A stretch of 64,000 nucleotides of DNA from Heptranchias perlo (taxonomy: Eukaryota): NCBI RefSeq assembly GCF_035084215.1, contig NC_090335.1:47616001-47680000 (forward strand), given 5' to 3'. Shown here piece after piece: positions 37,413-51,216 of the stretch. The notes beneath the pieces are model-generated. The model was not told the DNA's origin and did no database searches. It worked only from the letters and a program-made list of their open reading frames with translations. The position numbers were made by a program, and so were the translations under genes. The number at the start of each line of letters is the position of its first letter. The first letter of the stretch is position 1.

Positions 37413-37750
37413 TCATGAAGGGTTTGCACAAGGGTGTTTGACAGACTGTCATGTTTTTCATTTATATTTGCTTTTTGTTAAAATCATAATAAATATTATG
37501 ATTGTCACCACTACTGCCACGTCTTGGCCATTCTTGGCTGGCTGTTGTGATAGGGCCTTTTCATGAGATTCACCATGAATGGCGACACTTGATGCCACCC
37601 GTTGGGTCACTTGACAGTGGGTGTATGTGTAGTTGTAGGACTGTTTTGTGCAGGGAAGGGTGGGGGCTGGGGGATGGGGGGTGGGGGGGGGGGTGTGGGC
37701 GCTGCTCTTTCCAGGTGGTCTGAGGACTGGACTCGTCACACTTTCTGATG

Positions 37751-38956
37751 TTAGGAGAACTGTTCACATGTCAGTCACTCCCTGGCCTCACGAGCAGCCA
37801 GGTGAGCCACTGCTCTGCCCATGGGTTCGTCCTGTTCCTCCTCCTCTGCCTCCTCCTCAATGTGGATGGCAGATGTGGATGGGATCTCCTCAAGCGGAAC
37901 CCCTCTCTGTTGTGCCATGCTGTGCAGGGCACAATACACGACCATAATGCGTTCCACTCTGTCTGGTCTGTATTGAAGCGTTCTCCCAGAACGATCAAGA
38001 CACCTAAATCATATCTTGAGCAGCCCTGTAACATGCTCAATTGTAGACCTGGTGACGATGTGGCTGTCGTTATATCGACGCTGTTGCTCGGTGATGGGGT
38101 TCCTCAGAGGTGTCATGAGTCACGTGTGCATAGGAGTATCCCTTGTCCCCGGGGAGCCAGCCCTTAAGGGTGTTCAGTGCGTGGAAGAGGGGCGGGATGT
38201 TGGATTCCCGGAGGGTGAAGGAATCGTGGCAGCTGCCAGGGAATAAGACGCACATGTGAAGGAATCTTTTGCGGTGGTCATAAACGAGCTGAGTGTTGAT
38301 AGAGTGATAGCCCTATCTGGTGATGAACAGTCCTGGCTCGTGTGGAGATGCTCGTATTGCTATATGCGTGCAATCGATTACACCCTGCATCCGTGGGAAG
38401 CCAGCCACAGCGTGGAATCCCACTGCCCTCTCCATCTGGCTGAGGTCACCCATGGGGAAGTTGACGTACTGCGAGGCTCTGTGAAACAAGCTGTTGGCGA
38501 CCTGCATTATGCACTTGTGTTCAGATGACTGAGAGACCCCGGCGATGTCCCCAGTGGCACTCTGGAATGGTCCGGAGGTGAAGAAGTTGAGGGCAGTGGT
38601 GACTTTGATAGTGATGGGTAATGAGATGCCGCTCAGCCCAGCCGGGAGCAGCTCGGCATGAAGGAGGCTGCAGATGTCTGCGACAACCTAACGACTCACT
38701 CTTAGCCTCCGTATGCACTGCTCCTCAGAGAGGTCCAGAAAGCTGAGCCTCCGGTCTGTAGACCCTGTGGTGAGGGTATTGCCACCTGCGACATCGCTCT
38801 CTCTGCTGTTGCCCTCCGTGCTCTTGTGCAGGTGTCTGTGGCGCAGCACTGTGTTGTGGAGCACCAAGTGGCAGAGGTGGACGCCATGCCTGGCGAAGCT
38901 GGTGATGTTGCTCGTCCTCGGATGTAGTGGTGAATGCAGCTATCGTGCCCCCCCAT
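37751..38956 (-). pseudogene. Harbinger DDE transposase (HARBI1-like)
   Basis: AGFPRMQGVIDCTHIAI, FPGSCHDSF, WLPGDKGY; frameshifted. Confidence 0.88.
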
Positions 38957-39519
38957 CCTGATGGTATGAGTTTGAGGGGGTCCGAAAAGTAGGTAAGTAT
39001 GTGTGAACAGAAGAATTGTGAGTGGAAAATAAGAACTTTCAGTGAAAATACAAAGATCTCGTAGCCAAAAGTTTGTCTGAAAGAACTGAGTGCCCTGCAG
39101 CAAGAACTCACCTTTTCTCTCCATCTGTCAAACAAGCATTTGAATGTGCAACTGGCTGCTGGCTGAAACACGTCTGGTAGAACGTGGAGTGTTTCCCACA
39201 GCACGGGAAACACGCTGAGGATGCTTCAAAATCGGACCCCTGCCTCAATGTGGAGAAAATTAAGTACTTCAGGTACTTAAACTATCTAAACAACTATGTA
39301 AAGTATCATCTCACCAACTTTAATTGCCGGTGGGACTTCCGCATTCGGGAGGCATGTGTGCACCCAGACGCGTCAGTGGGGAACCCGGAAGTCTGCAGGT
39401 TGAAGCCGGGTTCCGAACCCGATTGGGATTTCCCCAATTTTCGGAGCTCCCCCCGCCCCCAACGCACTTGCTACTTCCCTGCAAAATTGAGCCCAAAATC
39501 TCACTACCCCCGTCTAACC

Positions 39520-39785
39520 TGGTCTTACATTTCCATCGTCCCGCCATTGGTGGCCGTACCATCAGCCATCTAGACCCTAAGCTTTGGAATTCTCTCCCTA
39601 AACATCTCCACCACTCCAACTCTCTCTCCTCCTTTAAGATGCTCCTTAAAATCAACCTCTTTGACTAAGCTTTTGGTTGCCTATCCTAATGTCTCCTCCT
39701 TTTGCTCGTTGTCTGATTACGCTCCTGTGAATCTCCTTGGGACATATTACTACGTATAAGGTGCTACATAAATGGATGTTGTTGC
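39520..39785 (+). mobile_element. L2 3' end fragment
   Basis: IGGRTISHLDPKLWNSLP..SSFKMLLK and L2-type tail. Confidence 0.75.
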
Positions 39786-40744
39786 TGGCCTCTCCACCTA
39801 CCTGATACTAACCCAGCATTGCATCTTTCCACCCACCCTTCCTTGAATTGCATGTATGACGCCAGCCAGTTTCCCACTTGTTCCTTGGCTCACAGTCTCC
39901 TTCAAGACTCTTTAATTTTGTCGCCACCCGTTCTTCCTCTTCCCAGTGGTGGGGAGCCACTGAGTTTCTGCTGTGAGAATAAGGTGCACTTTAATTGCCA
40001 GCCTCCGTGATTTCACTGCCTGACCGTCCTCCAGTTGCTCTGCTCCCCAGCTACACCTTCCTCCCCGCCTGTTTACTCCACTCTCAATCCTATAACCTTG
40101 ACTACCTGTGAGGAATACTACAAGAAATCTACTAGCATTGTTTAAAAATGATCTCTTGAGCCAGTCTGCAGCCTTATTTACACAAGGCACTTCATACCGT
40201 TATGAAAGCAATACCGAGTACAAGTCCAGTTGCCAGTGTAAATGCTAGCATGCCCTATTGACAAAATTTACCAGCTGATTAATGGCTTCACAACATTTAG
40301 ATACAAGTTTTGCATGAGTGTACAGAGGGCAAGGTTTGAAACTGATATTTGACTTTTCTGCCATTTCAGAAAAATATGCCCTTGTGAATTTTAGATATGT
40401 GCACAAGAGTTCTGAAGAACTGCACATGCCATAAACACACATGAAAGCCTGGGGCTGGAGGCCAGAACTACAAGAGACACAAAAAGTAAGTTCCTAAGAA
40501 TAATGAAAACTGCTTCCAGGCATCATACCAGGGTGAGTGATCTAACTCTGGAGTCAAATACAGTTAAAATTACCAGAGGAGGAGAGGCTCCCCTTCAGTT
40601 TAATCAGATTTAATTCTGCTTTTAATTTGTCAATACTATAGCTACAACAGATTAGAATACATGGTAGAAATTAAGCTAATAATATTCTTTTTATTCTTTG
40701 TAACTTTGTTACTGTCTATTTTAGCCTTTTTTTAAGGATCATCA

Positions 40745-41630
40745 GGGGGAGAAGCTCCACTCATGGCCGATAGATTTTCCAACATAAAATTCACAGTAGA
40801 TGTTCAAATTGCATGTCATGATCTGCCACGCCCAAACTGCGCCAGAAGTGAGTCACACACTATATTGACTGAGGTGACTTTTAGTCATCCAGGGCACCTG
40901 CCTGAAATGGGCATTAGGCTCCTTAAATATGCAAATCAAGGTTGCACTGGGTGCAGCAACTCGAATGCTAAGTGCAGATACAAACATGAGGATCTTGCGC
41001 CTCACACACTCCAGTTAGTTGTACCAAGCAATGCGTGGCCTAACCAGCGATCCAAGAACAGGCCCAGGAAATCTTCCGTTTTTATTTTTGTGGGTGCAAG
41101 TAGCAGATGTGCTCCTCCTAGGCCCATAAAAAAATCTCCGGCCCATTGCAGGATAGCAGTTGCTGGTTTAATTGGCAGTCCTACAAACCAACCCTCAAAC
41201 AGGGAGAGCTGGGACAGTCAGAGATCAAGCTGCTGACTCCCTGCCCAGCTGAGGAACAAATGGACAGCTGAACGCATTGTCAGAACTTTGAGCAGAAAGC
41301 CTCCTGAGGGGGATAGACAGGAAGCATGTCTTCCTTAAGAACATAAGAACTAGAAGGAGAAGTAGGCCTAACGGCCCCTCCAGCCTGCTCTGCCACTCAA
41401 TAAAATCATGGCTGATCTTCGACCTCAACTCCACTTTCCTGCCCCTATCCCTTGATTCCCGTGGAGTCCAAAAATCTATCTATCTCAGCCTTGAATATAC
41501 TCAACGACTCAGCATCCACAGCCCTTTGGGGTAGAGAATTCTAAAGATTCACAACCCTCTGAGTGAGGGTTATAGGATATAGCTGACCAGGCCCAGTGCA
41601 AGTCTTGGTCAGAAAATTGAAATTTAGCCT
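40745..41630. mobile_element. MITE-like element containing a CR1 3' fragment (41335-41565)
   Basis: AAATATGCAAAT, core GTGCTCCTCCTAGGCCCATA; CR1 tail AAGAACATAAGAACTAG..GGAGTAGGCC-like. Confidence 0.55.
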
Positions 41631-44468
41631 GCTAACAGGAGGAATGTGGCATATTATATTATTTTCCTTGTTACGAGGAGTGACAGAAAATCAAGTTGAA
41701 GTGCAGTAAGATTTACTACAAATATTTCTCTATTTGTTCCCTTAACAAGTGCAAAATAAACCAAATTGTTGATTTACATTTGGCATCACCTCACTAAAGT
41801 GTGAATCAAGCTGCCTTTTAGAACACTGGAGAAGAGCATATGAAGGCAGTTTCATTGTTACTTTCCACCCCCCAGGATGATGCTGCTGTATGATTAGATA
41901 TTGGGCAGTAACAATAAACTCCTGATCATAAGGGACACAGGATCCATTTACAGGAGAGACTGGTGATGCTGAACCAAAGGAATACCTAATGCAGACATGA
42001 AATTTGTAAGAGACACACAACATACAGTTTCACAAAGTACTGTGGTAAAATACAATGAACACATCTGCACTACACACTAAGTTTTGATTAATCTGTGGGA
42101 ATGATAACTTAATTTTAAGAATAGTCTTCAGCAGATCAAGCCTGTGACTTAGCCATGCAGCCATTTTATATGGGCGAGGTGAGTACTGCGGCGTGAAGCT
42201 AGCCCAAACAATGTGAATTTTGGAGTGGAACTTCATTATTATAACATTTCCTTTGAAAGGAGAATGACCTTCGCCACTTTTTTTACCCGCCGTGAATTGC
42301 AGCACTCAGGATCACGGCTTAAATCTGACCGGCATCGGCCCATGGTGATATCCTACACCACCAGTCACACAATTTGGGGATTTAAGTATTGGTATCCACA
42401 TAATATGTAAATCTTAAGGTTTGTAACATGAGATGGTTTTTCGATGTCACATTTAATAAAACTTTCATATTTAAAATACAAGTCTTTTTCAAAATGGTAA
42501 GATTTAAAGAACAGTTTCTACAATAATCCAGGACTTCAGAGCACAGTGGAGGTACAGCTTAAGTGATTATAAAAGGCTTGAACTAAATGACTTTTGATTG
42601 CATTTTTGACTTTCTTTTCCAATTAATATTTTCAAATTATTCTTTACAGTAAACCTTTTGAGCTTTTGAAGGAAGCAGTAATATTTTAACACTTTCACTC
42701 CCAGAAATAGTAAATCAACATGATTTTATTTCTTTAGGCTTTTCCATTGATCTTATTTTACTGCACATTGCACAAATACTGGTCTATGGTGACGTGTAAA
42801 ATTCCAGATAATGTTTGTCTTGCTGCTGGGCTTTAGATTCAACCTTTATGGGGACGCGGAGACATTTCAATAAGGTGAACTGCACCATTCCCTGCAGTGC
42901 TGATGCTCTTTAAAGTCCACTAACACACAGACTTTGATCACACCACATATTTGATGCTGTAGTAAAGGCAAAGCAATTAGCAGTTTCTTTTGAAGAAAGC
43001 CAGGCAAAGAGTCTCCAAAGATATCTATGTCTTTTGTCCCCTTATGAGGTACGAACATTTTCCTAAAATATGTAATATTGGGAGGAATAACCTTAGACCT
43101 GGCTTCCCTTTGGATAGTCATTAGGCCCATTGCCCAGGATAAGCAGTGGCATGTATCCTTAACTTTTACCATACAGCATTATGCTGTCAGTGATATTAAT
43201 AGTGATCATATAATTAGACTCTGTATTCACACAAGCCTCACCTGACAACTGGAAAATGTTTTATCTGCAGAAATATTATGATTTGCTCAATATGCAAATT
43301 AGTGCATGAAGTAATGCTGTCTTTTAATATAGGTAAACTGTAGAAATAGCAAGCTCCCATAAGTTTTAACAAAAAATAAATATATTAGGTGCCATTACTT
43401 GCTATCTAAGGCACAGTTTCTAAATGTCAACAGCAGCTGCATTTATTACATTTTATTTTTATTTTTGAGTTTTAGGTTCCAATTTAATGCACCATTCACC
43501 CAATTCAGAAGGCGGAAAGCAAAAAGAACTGGAGAAAGGACTCTTCTCAGCTCAGTAGCTCTAATTACCATAGCCAATGCTTTTTTTCTTCATTGCCAAT
43601 GCTGGGAACTCTGACCTACCCTTCATGGCATAGTGTGTTAATACAGAAGCAGGCTCTGCTGCTATCCCTTCTGGAATCAGACACTTTAAGATAGATACTT
43701 TTTTCCCTGTAAGAGTTTTAAAACACACAGTCACACATTTAAATGTGCAGGTCAAAATGAAAATGGTTACCTGTTTTGTGTTTAATGGAAGTAACTAACT
43801 GCTAAATCCGATATTAGCAAATTACTGACCTCCCTAAATAACCTTAAACTGCCTGTTAAAGCCCTTGCTGCATTCCTTATAGCTGATGTCATTTTAACTA
43901 TCTATACTGTGTTGTTCATACTTCAAAAGCCCCCCCCCCTTTAAGGATCTTGGGTGATGTAGGGTCACCACTACAGGGGCACTGAAGTTCTTGTCTGTTT
44001 GGACTGTGTGCATCTCAACAATGGTCTAAAAAGAGCAAAGGAACTGCACTGTAACTAATTTAACTGGAATCCAGATTATTCCCTACAGCAAGCCTTCTGA
44101 GTTTTTGAAGCAGACAGAGAAGAGCAGTGTTATAGAGCCATGGCTGATAACTGTTTTACAATAACAGCACTCATTCCTTTGACTAGGCTTTTTTGAAGTA
44201 TATATATTTCAGTGAGGATTAAATTCCTTCTTGACCTTACATTCAATGAATGGGCACCATAATTGTAAGTGCTGAGCCTCTTATCAGTCAAGTTGTGAAT
44301 TTTCAGTTCATTGATTATTGTGGTGAACACAGTTTTGAGATTGATGGCTGATCACTATTTTAGGACCAAGTGCAGAAACAGTAAGGTCCCCCTGTAAGCT
44401 TCAACAAAAAAAAAATACATGGGAATATTATGAGTTCTTTCTGTGATGTGACTCAATGTTGAAACAAT

Positions 44469-45098
44469 GGGGGCATGTTCGTGATGGACAGGGGGTGCAG
44501 GGCGGGTGTGAAAGCTCCAGGCCTTATTTGAATGAAGCAGGACAGTCTCCTGCCTGAACCGGCAGGAGTGACCTCAGAGCTGGCGGGCGGGAGGAAAAAT
44601 CAGGTTGGGAGTCCGAGGAAGGCGAGGACCCGAGGGAATTGTCCCTGGAATGAAGTTAGTGCTGGGGAGTGGAAGTTGACAGTTGGGAGATGGAGGCATT
44701 GCCGGGGCTGGGTAGGCCCGTGGACTCCTTGTGGGGCCTGGGGGAGCACTCCCGTTCCTCCTGCCCCAAAAGGATTCCACAGAAAAGTTAAATTTTTCAA
44801 CCTATCTTGTCCTCTTCTGGCCACTGCACAAACCCTTACCATGGTTCGGCTGTCGGGGTTGGACTTGTGCGGGCCTCATGCATCCAGAAGTTAAAATGCC
44901 GTTGCAGCACTGATGTAACAGTGCCGCGACTTTACAATGTAGAGTAGGCCCCCACCTGTCGGGGGTGGGCGGCCCTCTTCTTGGGTAAGTTAAGATGGCT
45001 GTGGGGCAGGAACTCGTCAAGAACTCCGCACCAGCCTTCCTCCCTATCTTAAGCTCCCACCCGCAATGATCCCCCAGGGTGGGCTTAAAATCTACCCC
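44469..45098. mobile_element. MITE-like element
   Basis: GGGGG..TTAAAATCTACCCC ends; core GAGCACTCCCGTTCCTCCTGCCCCAAAAG; similar to the 32.4 kb element. Confidence 0.65.
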
Positions 45099-45268
45099 AG
45101 TGACCATGTTTGTCCGTTAACAAATGAGTGATGAAGTTGTTAGTGTGTTTTGTCTGGCTCTGTCCTTCCATTGTTTAAATATTATACCCTAGATCACTGA
45201 GGTTTCTGATATCTGCAATGGATAGGGAATTTTAAAAAATGTAAAATTTAAATTTAGGGAAAATGAAA

Positions 45269-45857
45269 GCCCCAATTTTAACTCAGGGCGGGATGGACGG
45301 AATCCCCGACAGCTGAACGCGAGGCCTGGACCATTTTAACTCCTGAGCCTCATTAGTGAAACCAGCAGGAGTGACGTCAGGGCCGGCGTTAAGGACCCAA
45401 GGGAGTGGTTCCCAATATAAAGTTAGTGCTGGGGGAGGAGTTTGAAAGGAGATGCCACGCTGGGAGGGAGAGGCAAGTCCGGGGCTGAGGAGGCCCACAG
45501 ACTTCTTGCACGACCAGGGGAAAGCACTACTGCTCCTCCTGGCCCTTATGAATCCTCTAATAAGTTAAATAAAAATGCTTGCCTTGGCCTCTTTTGACAA
45601 ATCTGCTGACTCCCACCAGGTCTGGCTATTGGGTTTGGCCTTGTGCGGAACTGCCGATTTTTCTGAGTTCAAATTCCGTGCAACTGTGACTTTTGAATGT
45701 AAAGTATTCACATCTGCCTGCGGCAGGTGGCCAGCTTTGAGGTGAGTCAAATGGCAACAGGCGGGAATTCATCGGGAACGCAGTGCAAACCCCCAACCGC
45801 CATTTTAACAACCTGTCGGCCCTACTCACGCCGGGTGAACTGAGTCAAAATCCAGGC
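45269..45857. mobile_element. MITE-like element with TIRs
   Basis: GCCCCAATTTTAACTCAG / CTGAGTCAAAATCCAGGC imperfect TIRs; core AGCACTACTGCTCCTCCTGGCCC. Confidence 0.7.
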
Positions 45858-46237
45858 TGAAGTGTCAGAGCTCTTCCAATGGATCAGTGAGAATATGCCC
45901 CAATGGTATGGTACTGAGCTGTAAGGACCAGAAAGATCCACGGTTCAATGTAAGGTTTGTGCTGAGTTAGCAAATGTCAACCAGGAAACTGATCTTAACG
46001 GGGCGGGGTGGGTGGGGTGGGGGGGGGGTCTATAAAATTGACTTTGGCATTAATGAGGTGGGGAGAATAAAAATAGCCATATTCCCTCACCTAATCACTA
46101 TGCCATGACATCTAGTGGAATGTTCTCGTATGTGGGTATTGTGTAGGGACAGGACCGAGCTCTGCTTTGATGCCCTTTATGATGAAATACACTGTCAACT
46201 CTGATTGTCAAGGCTCACATATGAAGAATGTTTACTT

Positions 46238-46745
46238 CGGCAATATAGAGAGGGTGCAGAAGAGATTTACTAGAATGGTACCAGGGATGAGGGGCTTTAG
46301 TTATGTGGAGAGACTGGAGAAGTTGGGGTTGTTCTCCTTGGAACGGGGAAGGTTAAGAGGTGATTTGATCGAGGTGTTCAAAATCATGAACTGTTTTGAT
46401 ACGGTAAATAAGGAGAAACTCTTTCCAGTGGCATTCGGGTCGGTAACCAGAAAACACAGATTTAAGGTGATTGGCAAAAGAACCAGAGGCAACATGAGGA
46501 AACATTTTTTTATGCAGCGAGTTGTTATGATCTGGAATGCACTGCCTGAAAGGGTGGTGGAAGCAGATTCAATAATAACTTTCAAAAGGGAATTGGATAA
46601 ATACTTGAAGGGAAAAAAATTTGCAGGGCTATGGGGAAAGAACAGGGGAGTGCGACTAATTGGATAGCTCTTTCAAAGAGCTGGCACAGGCATGCTGGGC
46701 TGAATGGCCTCCTTCTGTGCTGTAACATACTGTGATACTATGAAT
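46238..46745 (+). mobile_element. CR1 3' fragment
   Basis: IERVQKRFTRMVPG..LGLFSLERGRLRGDLIEVFKIM..FFMQRVVMIWNALP. Confidence 0.92.
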
Positions 46746-49700
46746 GTACTAGAGGACTATTGGAATCCATGAAACCATACTGCAGTATAAGATACCAACT
46801 TATGCTGGATAGAGAAGAAAAGAAAGCACAAATGGAGCACTCATTTATATTGATGCATGTCATAACACAGATTTATGCATTGCGATTTGTTTATTAGTTG
46901 TCAGCTGAATGTGATGCTTGAGCTGTCAGAATGCTATGAAGAATATGGGCCTAAAGCCTGGGACTGGATTTTAAGTGTTTGGAATGCTGTGGTGCTGGCA
47001 AGCAGCTAGTGGTAACACGGAGAAGAATAACCATTATTGAAGCATAAAAGTAGTTTGGCAATAAGCTGATAATTATTTTAAAAAGATTATAGTTTATTTT
47101 TAGCTTTGTGGGGACAGAAGTCCCTGCCGCACCAAAGATGAGGCTCAGTTCTGCAATAACAGAAAATCTAGCCCTGTATGTCTATTGCACATTTCTTGTG
47201 ATCATAATTCTCAAGTGTCAGGCTCAAATTTTGGTGTCACACTTCAAGAAAACATATAACTGAAGATAGTCATTTGACACAGGAGGCAAAATGTCTGTAA
47301 AATCTGTCTGACCTTACAAATCACAATTTTGAAAAATGAAAAAGATAGGCAGAGCTGTGACATGCAGTCTGAAGGGTATTAAAACTCTGACCTCATTTAG
47401 TGTTTACTTAACAGCAGCTGGATTTTGTGGCCTTAAAAGGACACAACTTTAAATCAACAGTAGAATAATATTTTTGCATTACATGGTTCTCATATAGCAG
47501 CGTATCCTCTGACATACTGTAATCAATACCATAGGAGATCTATAATACTGTAATAAAAATGGTATGAATGTCCGCATTCTCTTTTGTCCTTCACTTACTG
47601 CATTATACTTCGACATAACAGGGTTTGGAAGCCTCACACCCTCCAATGGATAGTTGCAGAGAACAAAAAACCGAAGAAACCATTTTTAGAACAGTAGAAA
47701 TATCAGCATTTACTTCTTTTGCATAAAAAGGTAGAGCATGACTGTTTCAACTTTTTGAGGTAATTTTTCTGAATAAAACAATTTAAAGTTACTAGATTCA
47801 AGGGATGCTTTGCAGCATGTCACAAACAAAACTTTAAACAATGCCAAATTTCAAAGTGGAATCTTTTGTAATGTATTCTAGAAGGCGACAGTAGCTGTCT
47901 TGCTTTATTTTCTAGCAACCAATAAATAAAAAGCATTTACTGTACTGTACCTGTGTAGGTCTCTTACAAATTTGTTTCCAAATTCTTTCACTGTAGGTGT
48001 GCACAGCTTCCCTGCTTTCACACCCCAATAAAGTACCCACTTGCAACAGCATAGTTTCTGACTCAACACGGGCTGCCATGGATAATCAGCTATATGAAGC
48101 AGTACATCAAGCATGTCATTTGTCTGTCACATTTGGATGTCATACTTGTTTATATGCCAATTTCTGTGTCACACTTTCATACCAAATTTCTTAGTCATAA
48201 AATGTATCAATCAGCAAGGAGCTAGGCAGCCTGGTCTCACATCCCATGTTCCACAAGTGTGATGCTCTAAGGGGGATTTTGATCATTCTTTTCATGGAAT
48301 AGATTTGGGAATGAGTCATGTTTCCATGTTGTGCTTTAAACAAAATGAATTCACACAGGCTTAAAAATTGACAGGCATAGCGACAGAATTATTAATGAGC
48401 CAGGCATTGTGACATTTGTTATAATAATCGGAAACAGTAAACAATTCATTATGTCATTCTGGGTGGCCAATAATACATCCACACTTATTATAATTGGGAT
48501 GATTCTATTCATGTGAGTTCAGCAGATTATACTCTTCGGAGAGGTTGACAGAATTATTGGTGAATTTCTGAATGGGGTTCGCCCTTCCACTCACGTTGAA
48601 TGCAGGGAGAGAAAAGAAACACCGGGGCAGTCAGTCATTAAATGTAGAGCAACGTAAGTGAACACCCATAAAAGTAAGACGCTCAGACAGCTTAAAGCAG
48701 CAACTGACGCCACTGAACCCAAGAAAGTATGTACAGAGACGTGACTTTGTAACAACTGAGAAACCATTTTTATGAATCGTCACAATATGTTTATATAAAG
48801 CATCAGAAAATGTAAAGCATGAACTCTTCAAGTTGCTGTGAGGTAACTTTGAAAGCAAAAACGTCTGCACCAGCTGATGTTCCACAACTACAGTCGGAAA
48901 ATACAGTGAGAGCCAAATATAGATAAAGCTGAGCAGAAAACCGACAAGTTAAGAGTCCCTTGCAGTAGGCTTTTGTTTTAATAAAGTATTTTAAATAGTT
49001 ACAGCAGCTTTATCTATTTATGTTTATGCGAACAATGGTTGTTCTCGAATTCTGACCTTAAAAAGTACCAACTTTAAGAAGGACTGTACTATTTACTGGT
49101 ACAGTAGTTCCTGGACTGCTGGGCTTAGTACCACAATGAGTAATGCAGTTATCCGTTGAGCCATTGGGGGTCTTCACAAACTAAAAGTGCAGTCAGTGAT
49201 GAATTAACATCACCGGCTCTTCAATCATGTCATTTCTCTCTTCCCCCACAACCCACCATTTATAAATGAGACCCTGTGTTTTCATGAACTTTCCCCTTCA
49301 ACATACTTTGAACATTGTTCTGCCAGTGGATCCCAACAATTCAGCAAGATTGACTGATTAGAATTTATGGATCATTACCACAAGGACGTGGGTTACTCAT
49401 AGATTCCTGTGTTCCTCTAATTTCAGTGGCAGCGATGGTCTGCCATTGCTGCACAAGATCTTGATGTAATACAATTTAGATGTGTTTTCATTTTTTGTTA
49501 TATCAAGTCACTTACAAAAATAATAACATTACAACCACTTCATTTTAGAGTTAGGATTTTATTGTGAGAAGTGAGTACAGCTAATACCTTTATTTTTGCT
49601 TTTCTTCCCCAGTAAATGTTGGTCCTGTGATTGAATGTGCCAAAGGGCTGACAGACATACAATAATGCCATTCTCAGCCAGCTGATGGTAGGTGTCCGAG

Positions 49701-51216
49701 TGCAGCATGGGTCAACGATGCTTCTTCATCTAAATTTCTTGTCTTCTATCGGTGCAATGAGCCTGGCTCTGCTCAGTGCTGCTGCCTCACTGTCTGAGAT
49801 TTAGAGCTCAGCAGTATGGGGTAACCTGTAATAGCATTGCATCTGGTGCTCCAGCATACCACACTATGATGCCACCTGTTTTTAATATTATTTATGCAAC
49901 TGGTATTTTTACTGTCAACTGTCACGCCAGAATGTGATCTGAAAAAAAAATTCTTGTATTGCGATGGGATCAATCATGATTTTAAAACGCTGCCATTCCC
50001 CTGTTTACTCTCCATGTTGGTTAAAATCTACTACCAGGCCTTTGATAATGATGCTCTGAACCAGCCAGTAGGATGACCTGCAGGCAGTCCTGCATCCGGT
50101 TTTACATACCCTGTGGAGGTGTGTCATGGCTACAGATTGCCACATTCCTGCAGCAATCTGGCCTGCATCAAAAGCTCAGCACCACAGAGGGTACAAACTG
50201 CTTTCTAACATTACTCTCGCAACATTATGTCCATAATTATAACTTACTGAAGACCAAAAGGAAAAAAAGACTCTAGACCCTGGCACAAGAATCCTGCACA
50301 AGGTTCAAATGCTCTCACGTGGCTTGTGCCGCCCAGCAATATTCAAACCCTGGCCCCTACTTAGTATTCCCTGACAACACTGCATCGCGCTCAATGCTGT
50401 CCCTGGGCTTTAGTCCTTCAATCTTCTCCCTACGCCCACAAATGATTCTCCTACAACTTTCTCGCTTCACAGACTACTCACAGGTTAGACTCCTTCACGT
50501 TTCCAGACATAATGATCCCAACAAAAGTATGCAAAAACAAACTAAAATATAACTTTTTTAAATACTCATTAACAATTTTGTAAAGCGATTGCATGACAGA
50601 AACAGGGGGAGCTACTGTACGTATTAAACAAGTGAGGTAGCGTTTGTGCCTCTTCGGTTATTCAGCTGGTTTTGCGAATGCACTGGGACCTGGCGTGCTG
50701 GCCATGCATAATGGTAACCATGGGCACAATGATCAAGATTTTCCGTCCATCAATTTTAATGGTTGTAAAATCAAGGGCAGTGCACCCACAATTTCCTCAT
50801 ATACTTGGCTGGAGGTCAGGGCCCCCCAATAGTAGTAACGTATATTCATAAAACCAGGCCTATTATGTTGGCTACATGACTCTTCTATGATAACTGATGT
50901 GAATCAGTAGTAATCAGGTGCTTTCCAGCAGTAATATTACACTTGCGAGCTATTATGAAGAATTGAAGCAGTGTTGCTGTACAGAGACTGGTAGGAAATT
51001 GTCAGCATCTTTTATTGTTTTCTTTGTAAGAAGTCACAGAAGTAAACATTTACTGCCACCATCGTGAATCACTCATAAAAGTATTAATATCTGGAGCCAA
51101 ATCACTCCTGTGAATTTCATGCTGTATAAAGAATTTTCAAAAGGGCAGCCTGGTGAGTGAGGTTAGAGATTGTTTGTATAGTTAGTGAAGTGTATTTGGA
51201 AATCTCTCCCAAAATC

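Larger units (their letters stand above)
35250..39494. mobile_element. Near-complete Harbinger (PIF) DNA transposon with convergent Myb/SANT and transposase genes
   Basis: Two convergent genes; ends GGACCCCGATATT.. and ..AAAATTGAGCCC; apparently inserted in an old L2 tail. Confidence 0.85.

Noticed and set aside
37751-38956. Domesticated host HARBI1 gene
   Set aside because: It is frameshifted, paired with a Myb gene in transposon layout, and a second copy of the element is present in the window.
43476-43560. Acceptor-like site (ttttag|gttcc)
   Set aside because: No convincing donor or peptide; such sites are common in AT-rich DNA.
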